Shown: positions 1-13,500 of the stretch, piece by piece
Layout of the letters: each line of letters begins with the position of its first letter
How positions within the stretch are numbered: position 1 is the first letter of the stretch
Origin: Tubulanus polymorphus
Taxonomy: Eukaryota; Animalia; Nemertea
Assembly (NCBI RefSeq): GCF_964204645.1
Contig: NC_134036.1
Location: forward strand, 6,044,600-6,108,599
Direction of reading: 5' to 3'
Length of the DNA stretch: 64,000 nt
Notes under the pieces: generated by a model
What the model was told of the DNA's origin: nothing
The model's database searches: none
The model's input: the letters and a program-made list of their open reading frames with translations, nothing else
Made by a program: the position numbers and the translations under genes

Positions 1-39
1 TCGATAACGGGTTTTTCCGTCAAACCCTTTGCGACATTT

Positions 40-419
40 GGGGCCGTCCATAAAAGACACCCACGCTGCAGGGGGAGGGGGTTAGTTTTTTTTGACTTTT
101 GGGGACAAGGGAAAGGGGGGATTCCAATGATATGCATATCCATCTTGAAAGGGGGGGGGTCACTAGTTAAGGGACATCTTTTTTTATTAAAGTATGAGTA
201 AAATCACTCAATCCTCCAATGACTAGTTACCAGAACAAGTTATAATTAGTAATTCCAGGTCAAGGGAATAAATGTAGATACGTTGATAAAAGTTAAGTTT
301 TTTATGCTGCATCAAATCTTCATCATGTATGAAACTTTAAGTCCAAGGGGGTCAAGCTGATAGGGAGGGGGGTGTCATATTTTCCATATTTATTGTGGAC
401 GTATTTTATGGACAGCCCC
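40..419. mobile_element. MITE-like non-autonomous DNA element (PIF/Harbinger-like TIRs)
   Basis: Terminal inverted repeats GGGGCCGTCCATAAAA (40-) and TTTTATGGACAGCCCC (-419), followed by TAA on the right; no coding capacity. Confidence 0.55.
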
Positions 420-1024
420 TAAGTGTGGTGATTAGGGGCGTTGCCTTTCGATTGATGAGTAACGATAACTTGTACCTGAATAAATACCACCCCTTTCCTA
501 GCAAATCAACTTGTCGGATATTCACACAATGTAAAAATATTTTTTCCGGGTAAAAAAGCATTCATACCGCCTTCTTTAGACCTTCTGGGGGTCGATGTGA
601 AAAGATGATTTATTGATATCGCGCACCGCTGTCGAATCGCACAATAATAGCCGCCACACGATAAAAGAAGGCAGACACCAGTTCGATACACACGCCTGAG
701 AGCAAAACTGAAAATCAAGGTAAGGAGTGTTCTATTTTGGGCATTTTGTTTTCAAATGAATGGTAATTTTGTTTACCGTTATTATTATAACTATTATCAA
801 AAGCGTCTTCTGTCAGAAATCCCTATCGTGTTACTCGTGATTTTTATTATTATGGCTTTCTGACCGTCCGGCAGAAAACCCTAATGTAATACTCGTGATT
901 ATTTCATAACCGTTCATTCTGTTATGAATACTAATTTCTCAAAATTTGCATATTTAATGATTCCGAGGGCAGAAAACCCGTTATCAGTTATTTGCTGTTA
1001 AATTTTGTCGATATAGATATTGAT

Positions 1025-3676
1025 ATGAACGCTGTATACGCGGTGATAGCTGTGTTAGCCGCGGTAAGCGGCGCGTGTAAGTATTATTGCTCGAGATTGT
1101 GATCTCCATTGAAGAAAAAAACCGTCACCTTTTTCCTTTACATGTGTTGTTGTTTATTGCAGCGGCGTGGGGATACGCACCTTATCGGCCAATGCATCCA
1201 CAACGTAAGTAAAAAAATGGATTTATATTTGCCGCCTTGCTTTTCGTAGGATTGGCCTAAGACATTTAACAGCACACTTTCAAAAACTGATCGTCTATAC
1301 GTGTTCAGTACTTCGCCTGCGGTATTTTTCTATATTGAAAATGAACTACAAACACCATACATTAGACATTTTGCCAGCAAACCTTAAATAACTGACCATC
1401 TACACTAATAATTCACATGTGTTCAGGATTTCGTCACCTGAGCCATTTCCGCCATACCGAAATGATCTACATATCTCAGATACGAGACTTTTTATCAGCA
1501 CACCCGTTTATACTTACAAATTCATTCCCGCATCGTTTTTCAGGTTTTCATAACTACTCACCGTGGTACCCGAGCCCGGTAAGTACATCTTATAATACGT
1601 AACCTTGAAAAAAGAATTTCTTGAATTATATACCCTAAGGACGTATATTGCCTTTCAATCTTGAAATGACATCGCTTCAGTGCTTTAAGGTTCGTGGTTT
1701 GAAACATTTCATTCGTTTTTAAAACTCGCGCTGTGGTCGATCAGTGATAGAATGAGACTTTTTTGATATTTGCCCCCGGTCGAAGGTTTTTAGTCATCAC
1801 AAATGAGTCAGTTTAAAAGTTGAATCGATTTTTTTGAGAGAAAACAAACGATTTCAATTAGTGCTGACCACCAGTGTGACGACCTCATTGCAGCAACCTT
1901 CGCAGCAACAACAACCCGCACCACAGCACGGACTGTACGGGCCACCATCGCCGCCGCAGATGTACCACTATCAGTCTCCGAATCAGAAACCGGTGCCTTG
2001 GTACTGTATGCAATACCCGAACGCGCAGGGATGCGCACCAGCTGCCAACACCAAGAACTGTCGTAAGTACATAAATCTTGTAAAAGTACATAAACCGTTG
2101 TAATAAGGTTTTTATTGAAAATGCTATGCGCAATTCAATTATTGTTTTTCGAATCAAAAATTGCGATCGCGAATTTTGGCGATTATTTTGTGATGGAATA
2201 TATATTTCATGACTCTCAATTCATATTTGACAAATATCGATAATTTCACGTCGTCAATTTATTGGGGCAAGACTGGTTGCCGTTCAATTCAAATGTACAA
2301 TATTGATATATTCGTTTGAAAATAACTTCGTTGATCCTTAATCGATTACATATTTTAGGTTTTATTATTGTAAACAATATTAAGCAACGTATATCTTTTT
2401 GCCAGGTGTCTTAAAACCATTATATTAGTGTTTCTTTCGCTAGGAGTATTTTATTTTGGTACCTCCTTAAACCCTGTGGCGTAACAATACGCTCAGGAAA
2501 ATTAATTGAAGTTCAATGCATTTTGAACTGGTCATCAAATTGACGTTCCCGATATAGTTATACTGGGTATCGATTTTATAATGAGAAAATTTGTTTCGAA
2601 TTTGATAGAAATGTAGAAAAAATTGAAGCGCGACGAACCGAGTAACCACTAGCACACCTAGCGGATCCTCGCCTGCCATACGTGGAATCCTCGATTGCCT
2701 CAGTTGCGGTGCCGGTGCCCCGTTGTCCAATGAGTCCACAGTGAATGATACCAGCGACATTGTCACCCTGACCCTTACCACGGCATGAGTCTCTTCCCTC
2801 TGTGGAGAGAAGTGACATTGGTATTATTACCCCTAGCCTATTATGTAACTGTGTATCAGTCATCTCTTCATGGAGAGAAGTGATATTGGTAATATTAACC
2901 CTAACTTAGCCTATATCTTAAAATTCACTCACGTTTATTTGTCGATTTTAGCGCGCCCTCTGCATGGTCGAATAGAATATTGCTCTGCCAATAACGACGA
3001 CAGCAAATCAATATTGTTGGGGGTCGAAGCCGCGACAAAAACGACGACATTCGCGTTATACTGCCCGGACGACAAGGTACGCACCGATGTTGACAAAGAA
3101 TATTCGCTAACCGGACTCGATATCGATAAGTTTCACGCGTCCTTTATCTAAATACCACGTTGAATGATACGCGTTGATATGATTTTTACCTCTCATCCAC
3201 CACTGAGATATGTTCGAGGTGTTCAACGTTGAAAAGTGCTCAATTTAAGGGTTGTTCATTACAAAGGGTTGTTCATAGACGAATGTGTACATCAAGTGTA
3301 CATCAAGTGTTGTGCTATCCTAAAATACCTCGAGTACATAGTTGTGAAGAACTTTATTTCCCGCAATATCCGTAAAAAATATACCGATCACTTTACACAT
3401 GCTCAATTGTAGAAAGTGAAAGTCATTCTCGAATTTGTTGACTCCCGCCCGACCGAGGCGAACGGCGACTGCGAGCAGGGATTCAGAAAGAACGTGAAGG
3501 GCACCGGCGACGTCGAAGCCGACTGGAGCGATTGGGAATGCGACGAGAAGGGACCGTTCACGCCGTTGAGCAATGGCGTGGCAGTCGACGGCGAAACCAA
3601 CGAAATGCAGTTGCAATACAAAGCCACCACTCTCGGTCAAGACATGGTCGTTTCCTTCAACTGTCAGTGCGCTTGA
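1025..3676 (+). CDS. Secreted protein D (228 aa): signal peptide, Pro/Gln/Tyr-rich linker, Cys-rich C-terminal domain with weak CUB-like pattern
   Basis: Hand-spliced exons 1025-1076, 1163-1204, 1544-1578, 1894-2062, 2952-3076, 3413-3676. All introns are GT-AG with compatible phases (1,1,0,1,0); total 687 nt. N-term MNAVYAVIAVLAAVSGASAW, ends FNCQCA*. Same exon layout as the paralogue at 5518-8940. Probable 5'UTR exon ending at 719 (AAG|GTAAGG). Confidence 0.85.
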
Positions 3677-4306
3677 GCACGGTATAATACGAGACGTTAT
3701 TCGACGTTAAACACCGCAGCCTGTTTCTGATTTAGAAATGTGTTTGATTTTGAATAACTAGTGTTCGAATTCATGCGCTAGATTCAAATTCCAGTTTTGA
3801 AATTTCGTTACGTCGTTTATCGATTAATAATTGTTACTAGATCCATATATAGAATGTATACTAATGCGTTTCATCCCGTTACGCATTTAGGTAAATGACA
3901 GGTCTCGATTTTTGAAGGTTGGGTCTGTAACGACCATTTCATATTCATTTCTTTTGTCTTGAAGCTTAATACGAATACAATTATAGTTTCTATTTCATTG
4001 TATGAATGCGCGTTATTTGACTAGTTTCAACACGAATAGAAAATCGGTGGAAGGGCGAACGCGCGCGTCCTTGCACGCGTGACTGATTCAGTGAGCGTAA
4101 CCAATATAGGGTTCTATATGTGACCCCAATCAAACTACAAGGAGGCCACTTACCCGCAAGTCTTGGAAAAGTCGGAGAAATTTTTTTCTTTTGGAAAAAA
4201 GTCAGGGAATAGTCGGGGATTTTTAGAAAATGTAAATAGGACGGATCTAATTCGTATTTAAACGGTTTTTGATAAATTTTGCCTATTGGTAATTTGGAGT
4301 TTTAAT

Positions 4307-4391
4307 GCGAGACTCTGCCACGTTCCTCCCTCGCAGGGATTCGAACCTGATGGCGTCGCGAGACTCTGCCACGTTCCTCCCTCACAGGATT
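4307..4391. repeat. Short direct repeat around a tRNA B-box-like motif (same family as 32759-33063)
   Basis: GCGAGACTCTGCCACGTTCCTCCCTC occurs twice, flanking GGGATTCGAACCTGATGGCGTCGC; the same core recurs at 32773 and 51384. Confidence 0.5.
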
Positions 4392-4684
4392 TTGATCACG
4401 ATAGCATCTAAAATTCATTTCGTTCGTTTCGGCTATATGAATCTTTTCGTCGTAAGTTTGAGCAGATAAATCGTCGAGCGATCTTGCATACTTTATTCAT
4501 GTTCCTCACCCACAAACTCCAGGTGTTAGACCACGATTGGTAGAACACTATATCCGTGTTGACGCGATGAGGAGAGAATCCCACAATGATAATAAAAAGT
4601 CCGAAAATGAAACTTCGAGATAGTAGTTTATTTCAACGTTTCGACTATATCCTTCAGGAATAATTAGATACTACAAAAATTAAA

Positions 4685-4779
4685 TCTTAAGACTGGTCTT
4701 AGGTTGTTAGATTGGCTACAGAACTAAGTTGGTCTTAGACTGGTCTTAAAGTCTAAGCCATGACTATGCAACCGGGCCC
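4685..4779. repeat. Dispersed MITE-like repeat family (other copies ~16740/17275, 19710-19780, 28451-28607, 47550-47680)
   Basis: Shared core GTTGTTAGATTGGCTACAGAACTAAGTTGGTCTTAGACTGGTCTTAAAGTCTAAGCCATGACTATGCAACCGGGCCC. Confidence 0.6.
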
Positions 4780-5517
4780 TTGCCCCTGGATGTCTGAGTA
4801 TCCGGGTAAGCCGGATGCTGTGTCCGGGCCGCATGCGCGTTGATTCCTCTGCGCGAAATTCCAGAACCGAATATCAGCGTCGAGCGGCGATCGAGAGGCA
4901 CCGAAATAAAATCAAGCTGCGCATAAAAACAAAGCCGACATAATCATTCGGTCGGTCAGAGATCGATGTATTCGTATAGGTTAATAGTCAATATACACGC
5001 GCGCAGGTGTCGGGGCTGTTTATATCTAAATACAGTAACGCACGATGAAGCGCGCAGATGCCGTTCGAATAACCTTGAACATCGTAACGACAACAAACAA
5101 AAAAATTATGAGACATTCTGGACGTACATAGAACGCCGAGGTATAAGGTAAGCACGGCTATCCTGTACATCGAGTTCATGATCGGGTCCACGGGCGGATC
5201 CAAGCTATATCCCGCTGTCAGAAAAAAATGTGAATAACATTCTTTCTAGAAAAGCCTAAGCTGCGAGTTCCTGAATGCCTTTAGATACAAGGAAAATTAT
5301 TGATTTTTCAAACTTTTCCCGCTGGAGGTTGCCAATTAAGCCGCTTTTTTGAGCTCGGCCAGCAGATCATTGAAAAATAATCTTTTGGAATGAAGTCAGA
5401 TTTACCGGCTTGACCCCGCTGGGTCGCTGTTCCAATTTCGGAATTAGCAAAAATTCAAATTTATAACCGCATTGCCATATTGGATTTGTTTTGTTTTTTG
5501 CGTTCTTTGGTATATAG

Positions 5518-8500
5518 ATGGATATCGCCGTGTACATCCACGTAGTGATGGTACCATTTCTGTCGGCTCTCAACGGACTCGACGCTTGTGAGTATTTTCA
5601 TTATTGCTCGATACGATTAAAACAACGGGCCGAGTGCATCGTAAGGAAGCGTCTCCAGAAGTCGATCCGAGGGTAGGGTGCGGGGGCGTGTACTAGAATA
5701 AGTTGCCCTGAAATCTTACAGGAAAACTTGAAGAAAAAAAATATAAATCCGATACTCCGAAGGTTTTAGTTTATAAGCATGTTCTCTAAACTTCCAAAGA
5801 TTGAGTGAATGTTTACCGATGAGCTCTTTTTCGGGTACTTTTCATATTGTATAATACGCCCTATTTCGGGGGTTTAATTTTGCGCGAAGATTAACGGCCA
5901 TCGAAAATCTGATATGAACATTAATTAGAATGATGAATTATCATCAATAATGGATCCGTACTAGAATAGTAGTTACGTTAAAAAAGTGGTTTGTTTGTAA
6001 GGGACACTCAATCAAAAAATTCAAACGAAATTTACCAACCGAATAAATTACAGGGTCAATCCCTATTTTAAGATCAAAAAAGATTATATAGTATTATCCT
6101 AGAAATTATCATAGATATTATTGCTTGTGTAGTATTTTTTGTCAAGTTGAACGCGGAATGCATTTATAAATTCTTTTTTTCGTCGCCATTTTTTCGAATT
6201 CAGCTGTTTGGGGATTCGGTGCGTCGACGAATCGATACTATCGACCGCCTGGCGATCTTAATCCGTCGCAGCATTCAAATCGTAAGTATGCACTTAAGTG
6301 CCTATCGACGTCATGCTTTCCAACTGACACAGGATGTTAGATATTTAGTAAGCCAACTTTCAAAAACTGACCGTCCACACTTAACTTAAGTTCAGCACTT
6401 CATCGGTGACATTTCTAATTCGAAAATGAACTACGAACACCAGACATTAGATATTTTATCAGCATGCTTTCAAAACCCAGTCAATTTTACGGGCGTTCAG
6501 CAGAACTTCACCCGGGATATTTGTAATTGCTAATGAACGACGAACGCAAGATATTGGACATTTTATCAGCGCACGTTCAAAAATACTGATCGTCCACACT
6601 TCACATGTGTTCAGTACTTCTGTTGAGACATTTATAATTGAAAATGAACTACAGACATCAGACATTAGACATTTCATCGCAAGACTTTGACCAATACACT
6701 TAGAATGAGTGATCGCCAAGGCTGTCCATTACGCTCTTTAATTATTTCAAACTTTTCTGTATCGATTACGTCTACTTCAAAATATCTTCAAAGTCATCTA
6801 GCTAAACCGTACATTTCAGCTGGTATTAACTACGCGTCGTGGTATCCGGTAAGTCCCGTTTTTTTCTCGATAAGCCGGCACCTAACTTGAATAATCTACC
6901 TGGAAATGATTTTTACAAACTTGCCATGTCGGTGTGATTGCCGTTTAAAAATGTGCGCCTATTGACAACATTTTCGGACTTCATCGTTTTCTCGTCTTCA
7001 TTGTGGGATTCTCGATATATATTACCTATGTTTAATGTTTACTATCGTTTTTACTCCCGATTTCTGCGCAATTGAAGTCGTTGAAAAGTGCGTTGTTTGT
7101 TTTTGCTCTTCAGTTACCGCCGCAGCCGCCGCTGAGGTCGTTATACTATCAGTACCGACCGGTGTCCATTGCCTTCAACCCACAGAGGAACCGCGTACAG
7201 AAACCCGCCGCTTGGTTCTGTTACCAATACCCGAACGCGCGCGAGTGTAGCCGAATAGAAGGAACGAACGCCAAATGCCGTACGTAACAATTGAATTACC
7301 CCGGGCGAATCGATTCGAAATAGGGAACCGATATCGCACCAGATGGTGCGACGAGCGCTCAATCCCGCGTCGCCAAAACTTGGTCATTATCGGGCAAATT
7401 CGAACTTGACTTGTCTCACAGGGCCCGCTAGATATACGCCAAATTAAATTCTCTTCTCAGTGATTGGTATAAGTTTCAGTGAAAATTGAAATATCGAAGG
7501 ACAAAATTCATTCCACTCTTAGTGGAATGACGATGGCTTGCCACGAGTAGAACTCACGGTTGCCGCGGAAGGTTTTTTGTGGGGGGGGGGTCCTCAATGA
7601 AATGTTGAAGAAATTTGAACCCCGGGATACCAAGTTACTACTAACGACACCTAGCGGATCCTCGCTTGTAGATCCCTTATCGAAATGTGGGAGAAGTCGA
7701 ACCCGGGAGACCGAATAACTTCATAAACCTCGCGAATCCTCAATTGCCATATTTAAGGGTATAAGTGATTTAGTGACGCTATATTTCTATCTTATATTCT
7801 TATCGTCGCCAGCACGCCCCCTACCGGGTCGCGTCGAAGACTGCACGGGTAATACGGTGTCTCACATGTCGACGCTGGCGTGGTCGGACGCCGAGTTCAA
7901 GACAACAACCTTCACGCTACTTTGCGCCGAAGACAAGGTAGGCTTTCTATACTCTGTTTTCTATACTCTTTCAGACAGTTCTGGGGTCAGGTCAGCCGCG
8001 ACGAAACTCGTAATTCGTAATTCAATCCAAACCATTAACTAAACCACTAAAAATTTGACATTGCATTACCATATTATCATCTGTAATTCCCTAATGTAAT
8101 TTAATTCGTAAATTAAGAATAATAATGATAATAATGATGATGATGATCATGACGACGATGATATAATAAGTATAATTATAATAACATTATACGGACAACA
8201 CTGAACGAAAATAACTCTTCTTTCATTCAAACGTGATTGATTTTTTCGAAAAAAATTAAGTTTGACAATCAGCATTCTATACTTAACACCTATTTCGGGA
8301 ATGCACTACCGAAATTGACTGATTATGGCATCCGAGTTCCATTCGAACCAGTTAAATTAGACATTTCAAGTCGGCAAATGAAACGCATTTCAGGACTAGA
8401 AAACCCGTTGCGTTTGAATTCTAGATGATTCTACTTGATAAACGTATACCCGAAAAGATGTTTTAAAATGACCGGTAGAAATGGGGACAACACTTGTTAA

Positions 8501-8940
8501 TGAAGCTATCGATATTTGATCCATTTAACACTGTATCGAAATATTGCCAAAAGTCGTTCAAACCAGTTTAAAAAAAGATTTTTAAATGACAAATGAAACA
8601 TTTGGGACTATAGAAAACCTATGGCAAAAAAATCGACACATAGATATTCCGGTCGATGACGTTGATAACATTTTTTTCGTTGTAGAAGGTAAAAGTCTCC
8701 CTGCGAGCGGTCAACGCAAACGCTGCGGCCGCCAACGGCGACTGCCACGAGGGCATCAGGCATAACGCGAAAGGCACCGGCGACGTCGTGGCCGACTGGA
8801 GCGCGTGGCAATGCGGCACGCAGGGGCCTTTAGATGCCGCGGTAATCGAAGGCGAAACCGGCGAAATGCAGCTTCAATTCAAAGGCACCGACCGCACGTC
8901 GGAGCCGAACGCTTTAATGTTCAACTGCCAGTGCATTTAA
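5518..8940 (+). CDS. Secreted protein E (240 aa), tandem paralogue of D
   Basis: Exons 5518-5587, 6204-6281, 6820-6848, 7114-7279, 7813-7937, 8686-8940; GT-AG introns with the same phases as D; 723 nt. Shared motifs W[YF]CxQYPNAxxC, CPRPLxGRxExC, KTTTFxLxCxxDK|KVKV, NGDC, KGTGDVxADWSxWxC, GETxEMQLQ[YF]K, FNCQC. Confidence 0.85.
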
Positions 8941-9743
8941 TAGCAAATTTAGGATAAATATACGGTCTTCGTATTTTCTTTTACCCCGACGTTGGCGAGT
9001 TTAGACTTCTTAGTCGTTCATCCCGTTCGATTCCAGTCGATTGAATGCATCGTTTTAGGACTTCTTCGTCGTTCATTCCGTTCGATCCCGGTCGATTGAA
9101 TGCATCGTTTTAGACACTGCACCCGAAGCGTCTGATTTCAAAACGATAATTATGATTCCGTTTATCCGAAACGATCCATGACAAAATTCGTACGCGTGTA
9201 AAAGAATACGCATGTATTTATTGTATCGAATACACTCAACTGGATCAAAATAGATCAAATGGTTTCTAAGTTATAAACAATTGAATGGCTGAAATTTGGA
9301 GTCCTGGAAATATTCAAAAACAACAATACACCCCCATAGGTAACCAAATCGGAATCGACAAATAGCTGAGTTAACCCTGTAGGCCTAAGTCCGACAATAA
9401 TACCAATTCAGGTCATTCCACGACGAAACATTTCATAACAGATCAACCGCCCTGATCGTTTTTCGGAACGTTTCTATCAAATCCCTGAAAAGAATAATTA
9501 ATTCGCAGTTCTAGGGTCGGACTTGAGCGACAAAAGGAATGTAGGTCTTGGTGCAGTGTTGTGGATCGCTATCTTATTAAGCCCAGGGGGTAACGCAATT
9601 GATGCGTAGAAAACCCCTGAATTATTTCAATTCAAGTCATTCCTTGATAGGATATTTTTCAAGAACGTTGTTGATGTTTCTCACTGTCGAAGAACTTGTC
9701 AATATTTCTACATTATTTGCGTCCTCGCTATTGCTGGAGCGTT

Positions 9744-10248
9744 ACTAATGTCTATTTCAACCTGACGTGAGAGCATTCCTGGTGGCCTAGCTCAGTCAGT
9801 TTTGGTAGTACATACCTGATAAAAGTCTTATTAGGACCAGAATGCATTGGCAGTCGACCTAAATCATCATTTTTTAATCCATTTGAAACTGTATTGAAGG
9901 ATATCAAAAAAATATGCATTGAGAGGGGTTCCTGAGAGAAAAGAGACTCCATGATTTGAAAGTTTAACAATATGTCTCCATGCCTACCAACTGAAATTTG
10001 ATACGTAGGCATGGAAACATATTGTTAAACTTTCAAATCATGGAGTCACTTCTCTTCATTTAACCCCTTTCAGTGAAGACTTTTTGGATATCCTTCAATA
10101 CAGTTTCAAATGGGTTAAAAAACGATGCTTAAGGTCGACTGCCAGCCCTTTCCGGTCCTATTAAGACCTTTATCAGGTATGTACTACCAAAAATTAGCGA
10201 GCTAGGCCACCTGGAATGCTCTCAAGTCAGGTTGAAATAGACATTAGT
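9744..10248. mobile_element. ~505-bp foldback / long inverted repeat element
   Basis: ACTAATGTCTATTTCAACCTGA... at 9744 pairs with ...TCAGGTTGAAATAGACATTAGT ending at 10248. Arms ~244 bp with scattered mismatches; short spacer near 9988-10004. Confidence 0.8.
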
Positions 10249-10518
10249 CGAAATGATGTGCTATACGCGCGCGGCGAACATATCATAGCATCGCGCGAAA
10301 GAATTTTATAGCGAAAATAATTGCTAGCATTTTAAATACATAATTGGGCTCGGTAGATTACTGCTGATATTGAATATCCTCGCGAATTAATCATTACTGG
10401 AAATATGATCATTTCACCCGGAGCGAAAACTGATTAATTTTAATGAACGTTACCAAATCCTAATACAATTGGCGTCGATTCTAAAAACTGCGAAACGTTC
10501 GTTCATTCTGTCGCAGTG

Positions 10519-13500
10519 ATGTTGTTCGGTATGGAGCAGCGACTGAGAGCGCTGTTTATAGCGTCGCTGATCGTCTTTCAAGTTCGCATCGCGCGCGCTG
10601 ATCGCGCAGACTCTATCGAGGAATCGTCTGTGACGGTAAGTTCGTCGTGTAACAACACGTGGTACCCGCTAGATCCTACGTCCGGTTACATCGTTTCACC
10701 GAATTACCCGTCGTTTACGCGCGGTGTTGAATGCCGTTGGTTCATCAACAGTTCTTTACCGGGAACTTTTCACGTCCAAGTTTACCACGATATCGAGCTT
10801 TCAATATTCTGTAGTGATAACTACCTTCTCGACTACGAGTCTGATAACAGATTGTGCGGTGTTGGAAAACATGAAATCCACCGTAACGATTCGATCCTAT
10901 TGATGTTTAGGAGTAACGTCGACGGTTCGCTAGGTAGTCGCGTTTTTATCATATATCGTAATGAAGGAAGCAAGTTTAGAATTAGTTACAACTGCGGAAA
11001 TTACTATTTAAAACTAAACGAACTACACTCCTCAACTGGTTATAAATTCCGCATGGAAATACCACGTAGTTGTCGGTTGTTCGCCGAATGGATTGGTTTA
11101 TCACAGGATTACGCGATGAATCTCACAATCATTCGGATTATATCAAACCCCCATCCGAGATACGAATCTCCGAGCATTAACATACACGACAGATGGAATA
11201 GTAGTAGTAAGCCTATTGCTCAAATACGAGAACAAACCGGTCATCCACCTTCGTCATTTTATACTAAAACAAATAAAGCCATAATTTCGTCGCTACGCAT
11301 TTTTCTTCAGTTCACGCTTTTTGTCCAGTTTTATAGAATATCAGATTGGAACGTCTCTAATCCGTTGATTCAGATCTCTAATAACGAGTCGGGAGTGCTC
11401 ATTCCCGATGACAACAGTTTACACGTAATAACTCGATCAAAACACTTACACTGCTGGTCTATCACAGTGCAGGTGTTACAGTACGTCGTCTTCAACTGGA
11501 CACGTGATCTCGTCATATCCGGTGACGTCATTGGTGTATATAAACTAGAAGGGTTACGCGTTGTAGGAACTGATATTTTACTCGGTTACAACTACCTGCA
11601 ATCACAGAGTGTAAAATCTGATGGATTCCTCGTCGTACTGTGCGTCTTGATGAACAGGCAACTTACAAAGTCACACATAGAAATAAACTTCAAAGCAGGA
11701 TCAGTATCGACAGAAGACGTACACGTCACTCGTCATCGGGTGGGTATAAAATTCAAAATGTGATGTAACTTGATAGTCAAAACCACAGCTAAAGTAAAAT
11801 CTTCTGACTCATAGACATTTATCTTATAGACACGAAATGAAGAATTGTTGTCGATGCACGTTCGATGGATTTTCCCGTCATCAAAGAATAAAACACTAAC
11901 GTATCAAGTAAATACATTACCATTCAAATGGAAAGTTGATATTCATGAGGAGAATATTCAACTAGCAGTTTTATCAGAGAACTGCGAGCGAGCTGGATTT
12001 TACATATTCGACGGTGGTAATTTCACGGCTAGACGATACGGTCCGTATTGTCCGGGCAATTACTACGGACGGTCTGTCGTCAGTCTGATTACATCAGGTG
12101 GATCGGTTACTGTTGTAGGATACGCTTATAACTGGGACGGTCAGTCAACATACGTCGATCAAAAATCGTCCCTCAGATTTCGTCCTACGGACTGTGACGG
12201 GTATTTCCTAAAGGAGGGAGAGCGTCAGATCAATATGACGTCACATTGTCTCGTGATTACACCCGAAAACCGACGCCTTCCTTTGGGGAACATTTACGTT
12301 TTATCAGAACACGAATATCGATTTGGCAGTTGTTTTCGCGTTTGGTCGCGACCTTGCCCTCGGAAATTGAGAATTATAAGTTACTATCTCAATCAAAGCG
12401 TCGTTTTAAGCACGGTATTCATTGGCAGCCGGAATATGTTACGGGGCGAACCACTAATTTTCAAACTGCGTCAAGTGTGTCTAGGTTCGAAAAGGTCAGT
12501 TGACAGATTAGGATTTACGCTTCATAGAGATACATTAACAGCCGATGACGAATGCGGGCTGGTTGAATCACCGAACTACCCGGCAAAGGTCGGGCTGACA
12601 TCAGTGTCTTTATACTATACATTCACGAACCTCCAACGAAAAGACATATTTCGATATTACAGATTTATCATCAAATCTATAGAATCGATCAGTTGCAGCG
12701 CAAACGTGCTCGTGGAAAAAGGCCCGATACTTTTCATTCAAGAGATATCCTGGGCGAAAATTCGAACCCACCGCCGTATCAAAATATGCGGAAGTATGGC
12801 GACGACAGGACTTGTATTTCATAGTTTATCTGAAAATCAATTGTATTTTGAAATAAAGAACAGAATTGCAAAATTTCAAATACTATACATTTTACACCAG
12901 TCGTTAGCGATCGGGTATCCCAGTGGCGTTCGCTGTCAACAAGGATTTCTAGATTCAGGTATTTCTTGCTTGAAAAATATCAGAGATGAACGCCTGAATT
13001 GGGAGAATGCTGAATTGTACTGTAGACAGAAGTACGCGGGACATCTACTCAGTATCAACTCAGAACAGGAAATGATTTCTATTAAAACGTTATTCGCTAC
13101 AGAACTTATTAAACAAGCGTATTCACAGAAAGCGCTCATAGTGATGATTGGATTAAAAATAGAGGTAAATTCGTAGTTTTTCTTTCGTTTAAATGGTCTA
13201 AACTGTTTCTATACACATTTTCTCTTTATATTTAGCCTACAAGAGGTCATTATACGTGGACCGATGGGAAACCACTGAGCTACACAGAATGGTATGAACC
13301 TACGAATAACGACACGATACCAGAAGCCATTCAAGGATTGATATCTCCTCTTAGAAAACAACCGATAAATGACGTCAATATGCCGTGTACAGCGATGATA
13401 CTGAATAATCCACGAGGTTCGGCGAACTGGGTTCGATTCCCGTGTGAAATTGAAGAGGTTCACACGACATTCATTTGTGAGACAAAAATCGACATTAATT

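Noticed and set aside
1255-1500. Conserved intronic blocks shared by genes D and E (also 6340-6700)
   Set aside because: They look like a degenerate ~100-bp tandem repeat inherited with the gene duplication; no structure or coding signal.
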